The translations under genes were made by a program, and so were the position numbers. The notes under the pieces are model-generated. The model was not told the DNA's origin. It saw only the letters and a program-made list of their open reading frames with translations, and did not search any database. Shown in pieces: positions 18,106-26,138 of a stretch of DNA of 38,458 nucleotides. The first letter of the stretch is position 1. Each line of letters begins with the position of its first letter. This DNA comes from Candidatus Iainarchaeum sp. GTDB lineage: Archaea > Iainarchaeota > Iainarchaeia > Iainarchaeales > JAFCCJ01. Location of the stretch: contig JBDRHK010000028.1 of NCBI GenBank assembly GCA_043816965.1, forward strand, positions 1 through 38,458, given 5' to 3'.

Positions 18106-18516
18106 TTAATGGGGTTTTCCGAGCAATTCGCCTGTTGTGATGACCTTTACCTTTCCCTGCTTTTTGAGTGCCCTGTCGTTAGACCAGAGGGCGCAATTCA
18201 GGTGCAGTGCAAGCGCAATATATGCCGCATCATCAGGGTCGGGGGAAATCCCTGCCGCTTCCTCCATCCGATAGCTAAATTCCTCAAAAGGAATTATTCT
18301 GATTTCAGAAACATCAATCAGTGTTTCAAGCAGACCTGAAATTTCCTTTTCTTTCAGGCCAGTTTTTTTGTTTAAGGTTGGCAGATGCTTCCTGAATTCA
18401 TGGATGGTTTTCTCCGGAACGTAAAATTCGCTGCCTGAGAAAAGCAAAATGCTTCGGGTATCTCTGGCCTTGATGAGCGCGGAAAAGATTATGTTCGCGT
18501 CCACCACAAGAATCAA
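18106..18516 (-). CDS. PIN-domain (VapC-like) toxin
   Basis: VVDANIIFSAL, DPDD, LWSND; TTG start. Confidence 0.92.
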   Translation of the reverse strand: MILVVDANIIFSALIKARDTRSILLFSGSEFYVPEKTIHEFRKHLPTLNKKTGLKEKEISGLLETLIDVSEIRIIPFEEFSYRMEEAAGISPDPDDAAYIALALHLNCALWSNDRALKKQGKVKVITTGELLGKPH

Positions 18517-18521
18517 GGCAA

Positions 18522-18746
18522 TCAGCTCTTCATAAACTTTTTGGAAACCTCATGCTTTAGCTTTTTGCCCAAAGCAAGGGTGTCCTCCTCAGATAGCCTG
18601 CTTTTTGAAAGCTGCTCATCCATTTTTTCCATAATCCTTATCCTTTCCACTATTGCCTTTCTTGCAACTGCCGACCAGTTCATTTCAGGGAACATCGCCA
18701 TTTTTTGTTTCAGCTCATCCGGGACGGATATTGTTACCGTAGACAT
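18522..18746 (-). CDS. RHH/CopG-like antitoxin
   Basis: STVTISVPDELK...NWSAVARKAI; GAGGTGA SD; ACTGTG-N4-CACAGT operator at 18767-18782. Confidence 0.88.
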   Translation of the reverse strand: MSTVTISVPDELKQKMAMFPEMNWSAVARKAIVERIRIMEKMDEQLSKSRLSEEDTLALGKKLKHEVSKKFMKS

Positions 18747-18874
18747 AGAAACATCACCTCATATAAACTGTGTTAGCACAGTATTTAATTATATCGCCCT
18801 GCTTTCCCGAATCCAATATTGCCGGCCGATTTGCCTGAATTTTCCTGCCCATCACCCATAGTAAGGAATGAGTT

Positions 18875-18925
18875 CCCGGGAGTTAAATATCTTCGGTTGA
18901 TTGGAAATCAATTGAATGGTTGATT
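18875..18925 (-). promoter_or_regulatory. Promoter with three ATCAAC-type half-sites plus TATA (leftward)
   Basis: 38/51 ungapped identity to 23776-23826 on the opposite strand. Confidence 0.7.
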
Positions 18926-19035
18926 CCAAATTTACCTCTCCAGAACCCCTACTTTCCTCACATGGAAACCATTCCCAGTTATAACCAAAACTGCAATAAT
19001 ATCCATTTTTAATGATTTCTGGTGTTAACTATTTC

Positions 19036-20013
19036 ATGTTTATTTCGAAAAGGAAGATTAAGGGAAAGGATTACTTTTACCTAGAGGACAGAATAAGCGG
19101 GAAAAGGCTCAGCTTTTTTCTGGGGAGCCAGGAACAGGCCAGGGAAAAGATGGAGGAATCTTTTGATGGCCTGATTAGGGAGAAGGCATTGGAAAGCGCA
19201 AAAAATGCCCAAAAAAAATTCAGGCTGAAAAGCCTGGCATTCAGTGATTTGCTGCTGCTGGAAAGGCTGAAAATTGATTTTGAAATACTCGGGGATTTTT
19301 TCCCTGAGGGATTCAGGTCATTCCGCGAGGATGAGTTTGTCAGGTATGCCCAGGGAAGCGCCTCTGTGGAGGGGAACTCCCTGAGCCTGCAGGAGGCGAA
19401 CATTGTTCTTACAAAAGGCGCGGCAATAGCCGGCAAAAAGATTGATGAGATAAGGGAAATTGAGAACATGAAGAAAGCGGCGGAAGTATCGGAAAAGGCA
19501 AGAGAAATAAATGAGCTAAACATAAAAAAAATACATTCGGCAATAATGAAAGGGTTTGATGAAAAGAAGCCGGGCGAATACAGGGAGGAACCAATATTTA
19601 TCCAGGGCTCAAAAGTCAAGACAGCCAATGCTGGAAAGGTCGGGGGCGAGATGAAAAAGCTTGTTGGATGGTACAAAACAGGCGTGGGAAAGGCGCACAT
19701 GGTTGAACTGGCTTCAGAATTCCACGCAAGGTTCGAGCAAATACACCCATTTTTAGACGGTAACGGAAGGTCAGGGAGAGAAATACTTAATGTAATGCTG
19801 CAAAATGAGGGTTTCCCAAGGGCAATAATAAATCTTGAGAATAGGCAGAGCTATGTTTCGCTGCTGGAAAGGGTACAGCTCTCGAAAGAGCATTATAAAT
19901 TCACCAGATTCATATTCGGGTGTCTCGAGGAAAGGGCAAAAGAGATAGAAGCGATTATAAATGAGAACAAAAAACTGATTCTTGGCAAAATAATGGGGAA
20001 AGCCCTGAAGTAA
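19036..20013 (+). CDS. Fic-domain protein (class II) with N-terminal RKIKGKxY domain
   Basis: HPFLDGNGRSGR; SASVEGN; ATG at 19036. Confidence 0.93.
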   Translation: MFISKRKIKGKDYFYLEDRISGKRLSFFLGSQEQAREKMEESFDGLIREKALESAKNAQKKFRLKSLAFSDLLLLERLKIDFEILGDFFPEGFRSFREDEFVRYAQGSASVEGNSLSLQEANIVLTKGAAIAGKKIDEIREIENMKKAAEVSEKAREINELNIKKIHSAIMKGFDEKKPGEYREEPIFIQGSKVKTANAGKVGGEMKKLVGWYKTGVGKAHMVELASEFHARFEQIHPFLDGNGRSGREILNVMLQNEGFPRAIINLENRQSYVSLLERVQLSKEHYKFTRFIFGCLEERAKEIEAIINENKKLILGKIMGKALK

Positions 20014-20080
20014 AATCAACCAGATACCAATTCTGTAATCTACAGAATAGTCACACAACGGAGAAGGCGGAATTTTATCT

Positions 20081-20154
20081 TTCCCGCCGGAAACCCCCCT
20101 TAAGTAAAATCGCACCGGAAACCCGCTCTCCCCAGAAATGATTTTAAACCACTT
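20081..20154 (+). repeat. 74-bp direct repeat, copy 1 (promoter-containing)
   Basis: 68/74 identical to 22401-22474. Confidence 0.92.
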
Positions 20155-20213
20155 TTGGGGATTATTAAAATGGCCGGTGCCTGAAAATCCGGGGAGAAAG
20201 CCTTATAAATAAC

Positions 20214-20234
20214 ACTATACATTTAATGTATAGT
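20214..20234 (+). promoter_or_regulatory. Perfect palindromic operator ACTATACATT-T-AATGTATAGT
   Basis: 10-bp arms between TTATAAAT and the toxin start codon. Confidence 0.8.
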
Positions 20235-20241
20235 AACCTGT

Positions 20242-20580
20242 GTGGTTACTGTGGCGAAATGGAAGAAATTTTCAATACCATTAACAACAACGGATTTGCT
20301 TGATGTTAAATTGGAGGTTGAGAATGGCAAAGTGACGGGATTTGCATTGAATTACCGGACAAAGATTGGGGGAAATTACCATGAAGTGTATCGGGTGGAT
20401 ACGGCTCACGGGCAGCTGCATGAACAGAAATACTGGATTTCACCCTACCCAATCCCGCTAAAAGCCCTCGTAGGCGATATCAACTATAATGCCACGTTTT
20501 ATGTTTTGGAAATAAAGAAAAATTTTGAAAGATACAAAAAATACTTTCTGGGGAAAAGAGGAGAAACGCATGAAGTATAA
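20242..20580 (+). CDS. Putative toxin, RxDxAHG family (TumE/DUF6516-like)
   Basis: YRVDTAHGQLH motif; precedes and overlaps an HTH gene. Confidence 0.7.
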   Translation: MVTVAKWKKFSIPLTTTDLLDVKLEVENGKVTGFALNYRTKIGGNYHEVYRVDTAHGQLHEQKYWISPYPIPLKALVGDINYNATFYVLEIKKNFERYKKYFLGKRGETHEV

Positions 20581-20956
20581 AATGACTGATGAGAAGTGGG
20601 ACACTGTGATGGCGTTCCTGAATAAGGTACTGGAACACCCGGATAGATATCCGGATAAAGGGTTTTTATTGAGCCTGTCTGATGATGAGATGACACAGGT
20701 TTTTACAAAGAAAAGGCTGGAATTGATAAGGCTAATTCAGGGGAAGAAGCCAAAAAATGCCACAAAACTGAGTGAATTAACCGGCAGGCGGCTTAGCGCT
20801 GTAATGCGGGACCTGGGCCTGTTGCAAAAATTTCACATAGTGGAACTGGAAAAGAGGGGCAAGAACATTGTTCCGAGGGTGACAAAGGAGATTCTGATAC
20901 TGCCGCTAGTGGAATTAAAGCCGAAAAGGCTGGCCGAAATAGAGGCGAGCGCATAG
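20570..20956 (+). CDS. HTH antitoxin (HVO_A0114/MarR-like)
   Basis: FTKKRLELIRLI...LSELTGR...VMRDL; AGGAG SD, ATG at 20570. Confidence 0.8.
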   Translation: MKYKMTDEKWDTVMAFLNKVLEHPDRYPDKGFLLSLSDDEMTQVFTKKRLELIRLIQGKKPKNATKLSELTGRRLSAVMRDLGLLQKFHIVELEKRGKNIVPRVTKEILILPLVELKPKRLAEIEASA

Positions 20957-21043
20957 GGCGGAATTTAGTGGGTAAAATAATGCGGATGACTATGCTCAGC
21001 TTTGCACCAAAAACAATTTATTGGTAAAGTGGCGAATAATTAT

Positions 21044-21727
21044 ATGGCTTTCTGGTTTACTCATGCGTTGGTTGCGTTTGGCGCATTGCAGAAATTGGAA
21101 AAGAAGGACGAATTCTCCTCTTTCGAGCAAATCGACGATTATCTGTTTGGCGCTGTTGCGCCCGACATAAGATATCTTGGGGACAGGGGCCGGAATGCAA
21201 CCCACGAGCCATTTGGGGGGAAATCGGCATTTGAAGCGTTTCATGGCAAAAATTGCTCAGCAGCATTTCTATCTGGCTATGAAAGCCACCTGGTCTGCGA
21301 CAAGATTTGGGGCGGAGAATCTGAGGAACTCAAAGAAAGCGTTTATGATTTTTTCAATCTAAATCCAAGCAACCTGGCTGAAAAGTTTTCCCTGTATTTC
21401 TTTGTTGACGATTATTTTCAGGGACAGGGCAATTGGTTTTATCCATTGCTCTTTGCAGGCAATGTTTTCAGGGCAAATGAAACCACCGCTTTGCGCCTGC
21501 TAGATTTCAATGATAATGAGATAAATTCCTTCAAACTTGCAGCATCCCTTTTTCTGAAGGAGCCTGGAATGAATTTCTTTCAGGCCCTAAATCTCGCAAG
21601 AATTCCCTTGGAAGAAAAAGCCATGTCCGAAATAGTAAAATCCTTTACCTCCGCAGACGAATATTTGAACCGCTTTCTTGAGATTTCAATAGGCGAGTCT
21701 GCCAAGGCAATTAATGGGCAATTGTGA
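21044..21727 (+). CDS. Zinc-dependent phospholipase C/P1-nuclease-like metal hydrolase
   Basis: N-terminal WFTH, GAVAPD, TH, GYESHLVCD metal-ligand pattern. Confidence 0.65.
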   Translation: MAFWFTHALVAFGALQKLEKKDEFSSFEQIDDYLFGAVAPDIRYLGDRGRNATHEPFGGKSAFEAFHGKNCSAAFLSGYESHLVCDKIWGGESEELKESVYDFFNLNPSNLAEKFSLYFFVDDYFQGQGNWFYPLLFAGNVFRANETTALRLLDFNDNEINSFKLAASLFLKEPGMNFFQALNLARIPLEEKAMSEIVKSFTSADEYLNRFLEISIGESAKAINGQL

Positions 21728-22346
21728 TGCAATGCTTCGGGTTCTTTCGTTTTTCTTATTATGTTTCGTGTTTTCCTTTGCAGCCATATTTATTTTTTCT
21801 GCCCCATTGATGATTCTTGCCACTCCAACTTCAACCCAAATGAAAGTTATTGATGTTGACAATCCAAAAAATCTGCAAGTAGAATTCTCTGATTCCCTGC
21901 GCTCGGACGATGATTTCGTTTTCTATGAGTTCAGGCTGAATGCTCAGGAGCCTGTCACATTAAAGAAATTAACCCTCTCAGAAGAGGGCGAACAAGAAAC
22001 CAAAGAGCTTGATGCTTCCTTGGGCAAATATGGCTCCGCCATTATTTCACCTGCAGATAACAAACCAAAACAAAACCAAGGTGCTTTGATTTCAGGCCCC
22101 CAAATGATAACGGCCCGCGAGACATTCCGGCACGAGTACGATCTAGAGGAAACATTTCTTATCGCAGAATTAACTGACGAATATATGCTAAACGCAGACT
22201 ACGAATTCGAAGAGGGAACAGTCAATGTCAAATACCTTTTCACGGACAAAGAGATTCATGCTTTCTGGTTTTTCTTCCGGGCAATCCCAATTTTTGTTTC
22301 AATCATTTTAACTGCCCTGTTTGCCATTATTTTGTTCCGAAAATGA
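21714..22346 (+). CDS. Membrane protein (N- and C-terminal TM, acidic external domain)
   Basis: Two terminal hydrophobic segments; overlaps the upstream gene. Confidence 0.7.
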   Translation: MGNCDAMLRVLSFFLLCFVFSFAAIFIFSAPLMILATPTSTQMKVIDVDNPKNLQVEFSDSLRSDDDFVFYEFRLNAQEPVTLKKLTLSEEGEQETKELDASLGKYGSAIISPADNKPKQNQGALISGPQMITARETFRHEYDLEETFLIAELTDEYMLNADYEFEEGTVNVKYLFTDKEIHAFWFFFRAIPIFVSIILTALFAIILFRK

Positions 22347-22400
22347 TTCTTATGATTCTCAAAAATCATTAGGGCTGGGCACAGATGCAGGCATCTGTAT

Positions 22401-22474
22401 TTCCCACAGGAAACCCCCCTTAAGTAAAACCGCACCGGAAACCCACCCTCCCCAGAAATGATTTTAAATCACTT
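22401..22474 (+). repeat. 74-bp direct repeat, copy 2
   Basis: 68/74 identical to 20081-20154; TTTTAAA ~30 nt before ATG 22492. Confidence 0.92.
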
Positions 22475-22491
22475 CTCGAGCTTTTAGAATA

Positions 22492-22878
22492 ATGAAGAAA
22501 CAATTTTCAGTGGAAGTTCTGGAGCCGAGAAATTCCCTGCTTACCTTGCCCCTGCCTGATGAAATAATGAAAAAATACAAATTGAAACATTTTATGGCGG
22601 CAAACTGGGGGATAGGGAAGAACGGGATGAAGATTAGCTTCTCCAAAACCGTAAAAATCAAAGTAGGCCTTGACAGGAAAACCCTGAATATGCTAAAGCA
22701 AATAATGGCTGAAGAAGGCTGGGGTTCAATAGATGAAGTGGTTAACAATGCAGTTCTAAAATTCGGTCGCGAGCTCGGATTCAAGGGGAAAACAGACATA
22801 ATAACTTTCATTTACCCGATGGATTATTTCAAGAAAAGGTACTGGACGATAGGGGATTATGAAAAAAGGAAGGTTTAA
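22492..22878 (+). CDS. Hypothetical protein, possible AbrB-like plus RHH-like segments
   Basis: SLLTLPLPDEIMKKY and IKVGLDRKTLNML...SIDEVVN. Confidence 0.6.
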   Translation: MKKQFSVEVLEPRNSLLTLPLPDEIMKKYKLKHFMAANWGIGKNGMKISFSKTVKIKVGLDRKTLNMLKQIMAEEGWGSIDEVVNNAVLKFGRELGFKGKTDIITFIYPMDYFKKRYWTIGDYEKRKV

Positions 22879-22934
22879 ATATGATGGGTAATAAATATAT
22901 TATAGATAATAACTTTATATCTGGTGGTTTGATT

Positions 22935-23204
22935 ATGGCTGAAAAAACAGCGCAAGTGCTGCATTACCCAACCCTTAAAACTGTTTTGATGGTCGAGGAA
23001 ATACTAAAAGAATCAAAGGAGCCCCTCACAAGATATGAGATAATGAAAAGGGCCAAGAACAAAATAATGCGCCAGACCCTTAACACAATAATTGAATATC
23101 TTGAGAATAGGGGGATGGTCTTAGACAGTGAAAAGGGCGTTATCTGGACCTATACTCCCCCGGAAAAGATGAAAAAATGGCTGAAAGATAGTGTAGAAGT
23201 ATGA
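22935..23204 (+). CDS. wHTH putative antitoxin
   Basis: HYPTLKTVLMVE...QTLNTIIEYLE; ATGA overlap with the next gene. Confidence 0.82.
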   Translation: MAEKTAQVLHYPTLKTVLMVEEILKESKEPLTRYEIMKRAKNKIMRQTLNTIIEYLENRGMVLDSEKGVIWTYTPPEKMKKWLKDSVEV

Positions 23205-23551
23205 AAGCAAGAGTCAGGATCAGGGGGCAGGCTCTTGAGGAATACGACAGGTTAAAGGAAACAGTCAAAAAAGAGCATGAAAAGGGCACTGAAAAATCAG
23301 AAAATATCACCTTGCTTCGTTCTATAAACCAGAAGATAGATTGGCTTAAGGAAAATCCTCTGCGCGGGGAGGTAGTCAGTAAGAAAGATATTCCAAAAGA
23401 ACTGGCTGTGGACAACCTCTTCAAACTGAGGCTTGCAAAATTCTGGAGAATGCTTTACACAATTCGCAGAAACGAGATAGAAATATTCTGCTTTATATTA
23501 GTGATAGAATCACACGAGGATTATGATAAAAGATTCAAGAAGAAAAAATAA
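23201..23551 (+). CDS. RelE/HigB-like putative toxin
   Basis: NPLRGE, NLFKLRL..FWRMLYTI, HEDYDK. Confidence 0.75.
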   Translation: MKARVRIRGQALEEYDRLKETVKKEHEKGTEKSENITLLRSINQKIDWLKENPLRGEVVSKKDIPKELAVDNLFKLRLAKFWRMLYTIRRNEIEIFCFILVIESHEDYDKRFKKKK

Positions 23552-23576
23552 AACCAAAGATGGGGTGGTTATAGGG

Positions 23577-23675
23577 GTGAAAAAAGTTAGGCTGATAAAG
23601 GATCTTTTTGGAACAGCGAAATTCAAGAAAAGCGCGCAGGAAATCAAGGATGAAATGAGGGCCGGGTGGGACTAG
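23577..23675 (+). pseudogene. C-terminal remnant of an AbrB/VapB-type antitoxin (or a 32-aa mini-protein)
   Basis: KKVRLIKDLFGTAKFKKSAQEIKDEMRAGWD*. Confidence 0.5.
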
Positions 23676-23775
23676 TTGCAGGGTACTGCAACGACCTCTA
23701 CAATGTAATGAATAACTTTGAATTTGTAAAATAAGCCAGAGCACGCAAGCCAGGATTAAAACGGCTTTTCCTAAA

Positions 23776-23826
23776 AATCAACCATTTGGTTTATTTCTTA
23801 TCAACCGCAGCTATATTAATACCCGG
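23776..23826 (+). promoter_or_regulatory. Promoter with three ATCAAC-type half-sites plus TATA (rightward)
   Basis: Mirror homolog of 18875-18925; AAAAATCAAC-N6-GTTTATTT matches the 18055 operator. Confidence 0.7.
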
Positions 23827-23839
23827 AACAGGATACTAT

Positions 23840-23908
23840 CAGGCGGAACATCTAGACCATTTGGCCAGGTGGTGAGCCTGCCCAGTACCCCCCTGCAAAG
23901 GGGGGTAC
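23840..23908 (+). ncRNA. Candidate structured 5' leader or small RNA
   Basis: CAGGC/GCCUG plus CAUCU/AGGUG stem; 10-bp stem with GCAA tetraloop at 23885-23908. Confidence 0.45.
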
Positions 23909-23937
23909 GTCCATTTAATTTTGAGGGGGGAAAGTTC

Positions 23938-24264
23938 ATGAGTGAATTCGGGTTAAACATCGTTAGCGCCGCGCTTTTCAAACTCGCGGAAGAGGGGGAA
24001 ATTTCAATTGAGGAGGCGAAAATCCTGAAATGCTTAACTGAAAGTGGGAAGATGAAATTATTTTCAATTGCGCAACGCATCGGCTTAAATTCCGGGGAAA
24101 TTTACCGCCCGCTCGCCAACCTCCTGGAACGCAAGATTGTGGCTGAGGAAAACGATTCCTATTTTGTGGAAGGTGTATGGGAAGTTATGGGGAAATTGCT
24201 CCTGCTCACTGAAGAAAAACAAAAAACAGAAGCAATTATTTTGGAGGCAACTGCCCGAGAATAG
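23938..24264 (+). CDS. TrmB-like wHTH protein
   Basis: EAKILKCL...IAQRIGL...IYRPLANLLERKIV; G-rich SD. Confidence 0.75.
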   Translation: MSEFGLNIVSAALFKLAEEGEISIEEAKILKCLTESGKMKLFSIAQRIGLNSGEIYRPLANLLERKIVAEENDSYFVEGVWEVMGKLLLLTEEKQKTEAIILEATARE

Positions 24265-24284
24265 TAAAGTTTATATATGTGCAC

Positions 24285-24303
24285 TCACATAATAATTATG
24301 TGA
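24285..24303 (+). promoter_or_regulatory. Palindromic operator TCACATAAT-A-ATTATGTGA
   Basis: Perfect 9-bp arms between TTTATATA and the antitoxin ATG. Confidence 0.8.
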
Positions 24304-24308
24304 TATAA

Positions 24309-24551
24309 ATGCCGAATGTAACATTATCCGTAAATGAAGAAACGAGGAAAAAAATGAAACAGCATCCTGAAATCAGATGGTCAAATGCAATCAGGGTAAT
24401 GATTGACAAAAAACTGGATGATTTCAAAGAAGCGGAGAGATTAGCACAGAAAAGCACCTTGACCGAGAAAGATGTGGAAATTCTTACCGAAAAGGTTAAC
24501 AGGGACGCCGCAAAGCACGCCAAGAGGCTTATGAATGAGAGTAACAGTTGA
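24309..24551 (+). CDS. RHH/CopG-like antitoxin
   Basis: PNVTLSV...HPEIRWSNAIR; homolog of 18522-18746. Confidence 0.88.
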   Translation: MPNVTLSVNEETRKKMKQHPEIRWSNAIRVMIDKKLDDFKEAERLAQKSTLTEKDVEILTEKVNRDAAKHAKRLMNESNS

Positions 24552-24945
24552 TGCCAACATTCTTTTTTCCGCATTATTGAGAAAAGGGATAACCAGAAAA
24601 ATCTGGTTTGGCCTTGAAATGGAGCTATTTGCCCCAAGATTTCTCTTGGAGGAATTCCAAAAATACAAGGGGTATCTGCAGAATAAATTCAAGGGGACAA
24701 GGGAAGAATTTTTGGACCTATCTCAAAAACTGCTTTCTCAGGTTAAATTAGTTTCTGACGGGGATTTGAAGCCATTTCTGCCAGCATCTGCATCATTAAC
24801 TAACGACCCAAAAGACTGGATTTACCTTGCATGTGCCCTGAAAGAAGACACACTAATTTGGAGTGATGACAAGGAATTCAAAAGTCAAAAACGAATAAGA
24901 ATTCTTTCGACTCCAGAAATGAAAGAAGAATTCGGCCTGCTTTGA
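24535..24945 (+). CDS. PIN-domain (VapC-like) toxin
   Basis: VDANILFSAL, DPKD, IWSDD; homolog of 18106-18516. Confidence 0.92.
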   Translation: MRVTVDANILFSALLRKGITRKIWFGLEMELFAPRFLLEEFQKYKGYLQNKFKGTREEFLDLSQKLLSQVKLVSDGDLKPFLPASASLTNDPKDWIYLACALKEDTLIWSDDKEFKSQKRIRILSTPEMKEEFGLL

Positions 24946-24956
24946 AGAATTCCCAT

Positions 24957-25208
24957 TCAAGAAATCCCCTTCCCATTAGCAACAATTCTCTCCATCCCAT
25001 ATTCATCCTTCACGATTTTTATCTTCCCTGACTGCAAATCGCGCGCAATTGCCTCATCCACCCTGCTGCTGTACTTACTTATCCTCTGAATCATAAACCT
25101 TCCATAATCTGTAAAGTCCACAAAATCATATTTTTTTGGGCCATTTCCCTTCTTTGGCCTAACTTTCCTTCCTATAACATTCTTTATCTGCTTCAACTGC
25201 TGCATCAT
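24957..25208 (-). CDS. Hypothetical basic protein
   Basis: GAGGTGG SD before ATG 25208. Confidence 0.65.
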   Translation of the reverse strand: MMQQLKQIKNVIGRKVRPKKGNGPKKYDFVDFTDYGRFMIQRISKYSSRVDEAIARDLQSGKIKIVKDEYGMERIVANGKGIS

Positions 25209-25405
25209 TACAACCACCTCCGAATTCTGCAAATTCCAGCCTGACGGCTGGATGTTAAAAGCGCGGCGGGAGAAATCAATGAAAAAAAGATTGGGGAATC
25301 CAAATTTTCCGAATTTCCAACCGCGGAATTAATGTAACAATATTCTGTTTAAAAATCTTTCCTGCGGAAATTGAAAAATTCGCCGCAGGATTTTTTGGAA
25401 TCACG

Positions 25406-25684
25406 TCATTCAACAAACTGCCCCAAGAATTCCCTGATTGTATTTTTTATTTCCTGCGCCTTATGATGGTTGAGAGAAACATGCAGACCATACTTTGTTG
25501 GCTTTTTCAATAAATAACCCTCCTTTATCAAATCTTCAGAAATTTTCTTTACATCGTTCTGCTCATGGGGCTTAAAGCCTTTCTTAAGATTGTCAAAAGC
25601 AGTGTGGGAGTTGTGCCATTTTCTCATGCGCGCGAGTTTGAATAGGATTTTGGCCTTTAAAACGTCTTTTGGGGATAGGTCCAT
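25406..25684 (-). CDS. Small wHTH-like protein (HTAFDN...YGLHVSLN family), copy 2
   Basis: Paralog of 1423-1680; ATG at 25684. Confidence 0.85.
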   Translation of the reverse strand: MDLSPKDVLKAKILFKLARMRKWHNSHTAFDNLKKGFKPHEQNDVKKISEDLIKEGYLLKKPTKYGLHVSLNHHKAQEIKNTIREFLGQFVE

Positions 25685-25745
25685 AAGAATATACTTTAAT
25701 AGTATATATTTATAAACATCGCCAGCACCAATATTATTGGTTAGT

Positions 25746-26066
25746 ATGGAAGAGGAATCAAACCTTGTTAAATTCTTCGGGGGCAGCCCGTTCATCAGAA
25801 TTCTGGACGCTTTTATTGATAACATCGGTTCAGATTACTCAAAAAAGGAAATTGAGCAACTGGCAGGAATAAGTAAAGGGGCCTTGTTTAAGCACTGGAA
25901 GAAACTGGAGGATTTAAATCTCATAAAAGTAAAAAGGCAGTTTGGGAATACAAATCTTTACGTCCTGAACACTGAGAGTGAAATAATAAAGAACCTGCTC
26001 AATCTTGAGATGGACATGATTGAGGAAACCTCCCCCAAAGCAAAATTAAAGGCAGTTGCCAAGTAA
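25746..26066 (+). CDS. Winged-helix DNA-binding protein, divergent partner, copy 2
   Basis: FFGGSPFIRILD...DYSKKEI; paralog of 1757-2092. Confidence 0.85.
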   Translation: MEEESNLVKFFGGSPFIRILDAFIDNIGSDYSKKEIEQLAGISKGALFKHWKKLEDLNLIKVKRQFGNTNLYVLNTESEIIKNLLNLEMDMIEETSPKAKLKAVAK

Positions 26067-26138
26067 TTTGGGCAAGGGCCAGCTTTTTATACTACTTTAA
26101 TATATAAACTTTCTGGAATTGAATTATTTGGTGAGTCA

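Noticed and set aside
18940..18978. Possible third degenerate copy of the 74-bp repeat (CAGAACCCCT...GGAAACC..CCCAG)
   Set aside because: Similarity too short and gapped to support by eye
23840..23880. ZTP riboswitch (GGCGGAA-stem-GUGAGC)
   Set aside because: Lacks the GACUG 5' element and the 3' CGYCUGGG hairpin; the downstream gene is unrelated
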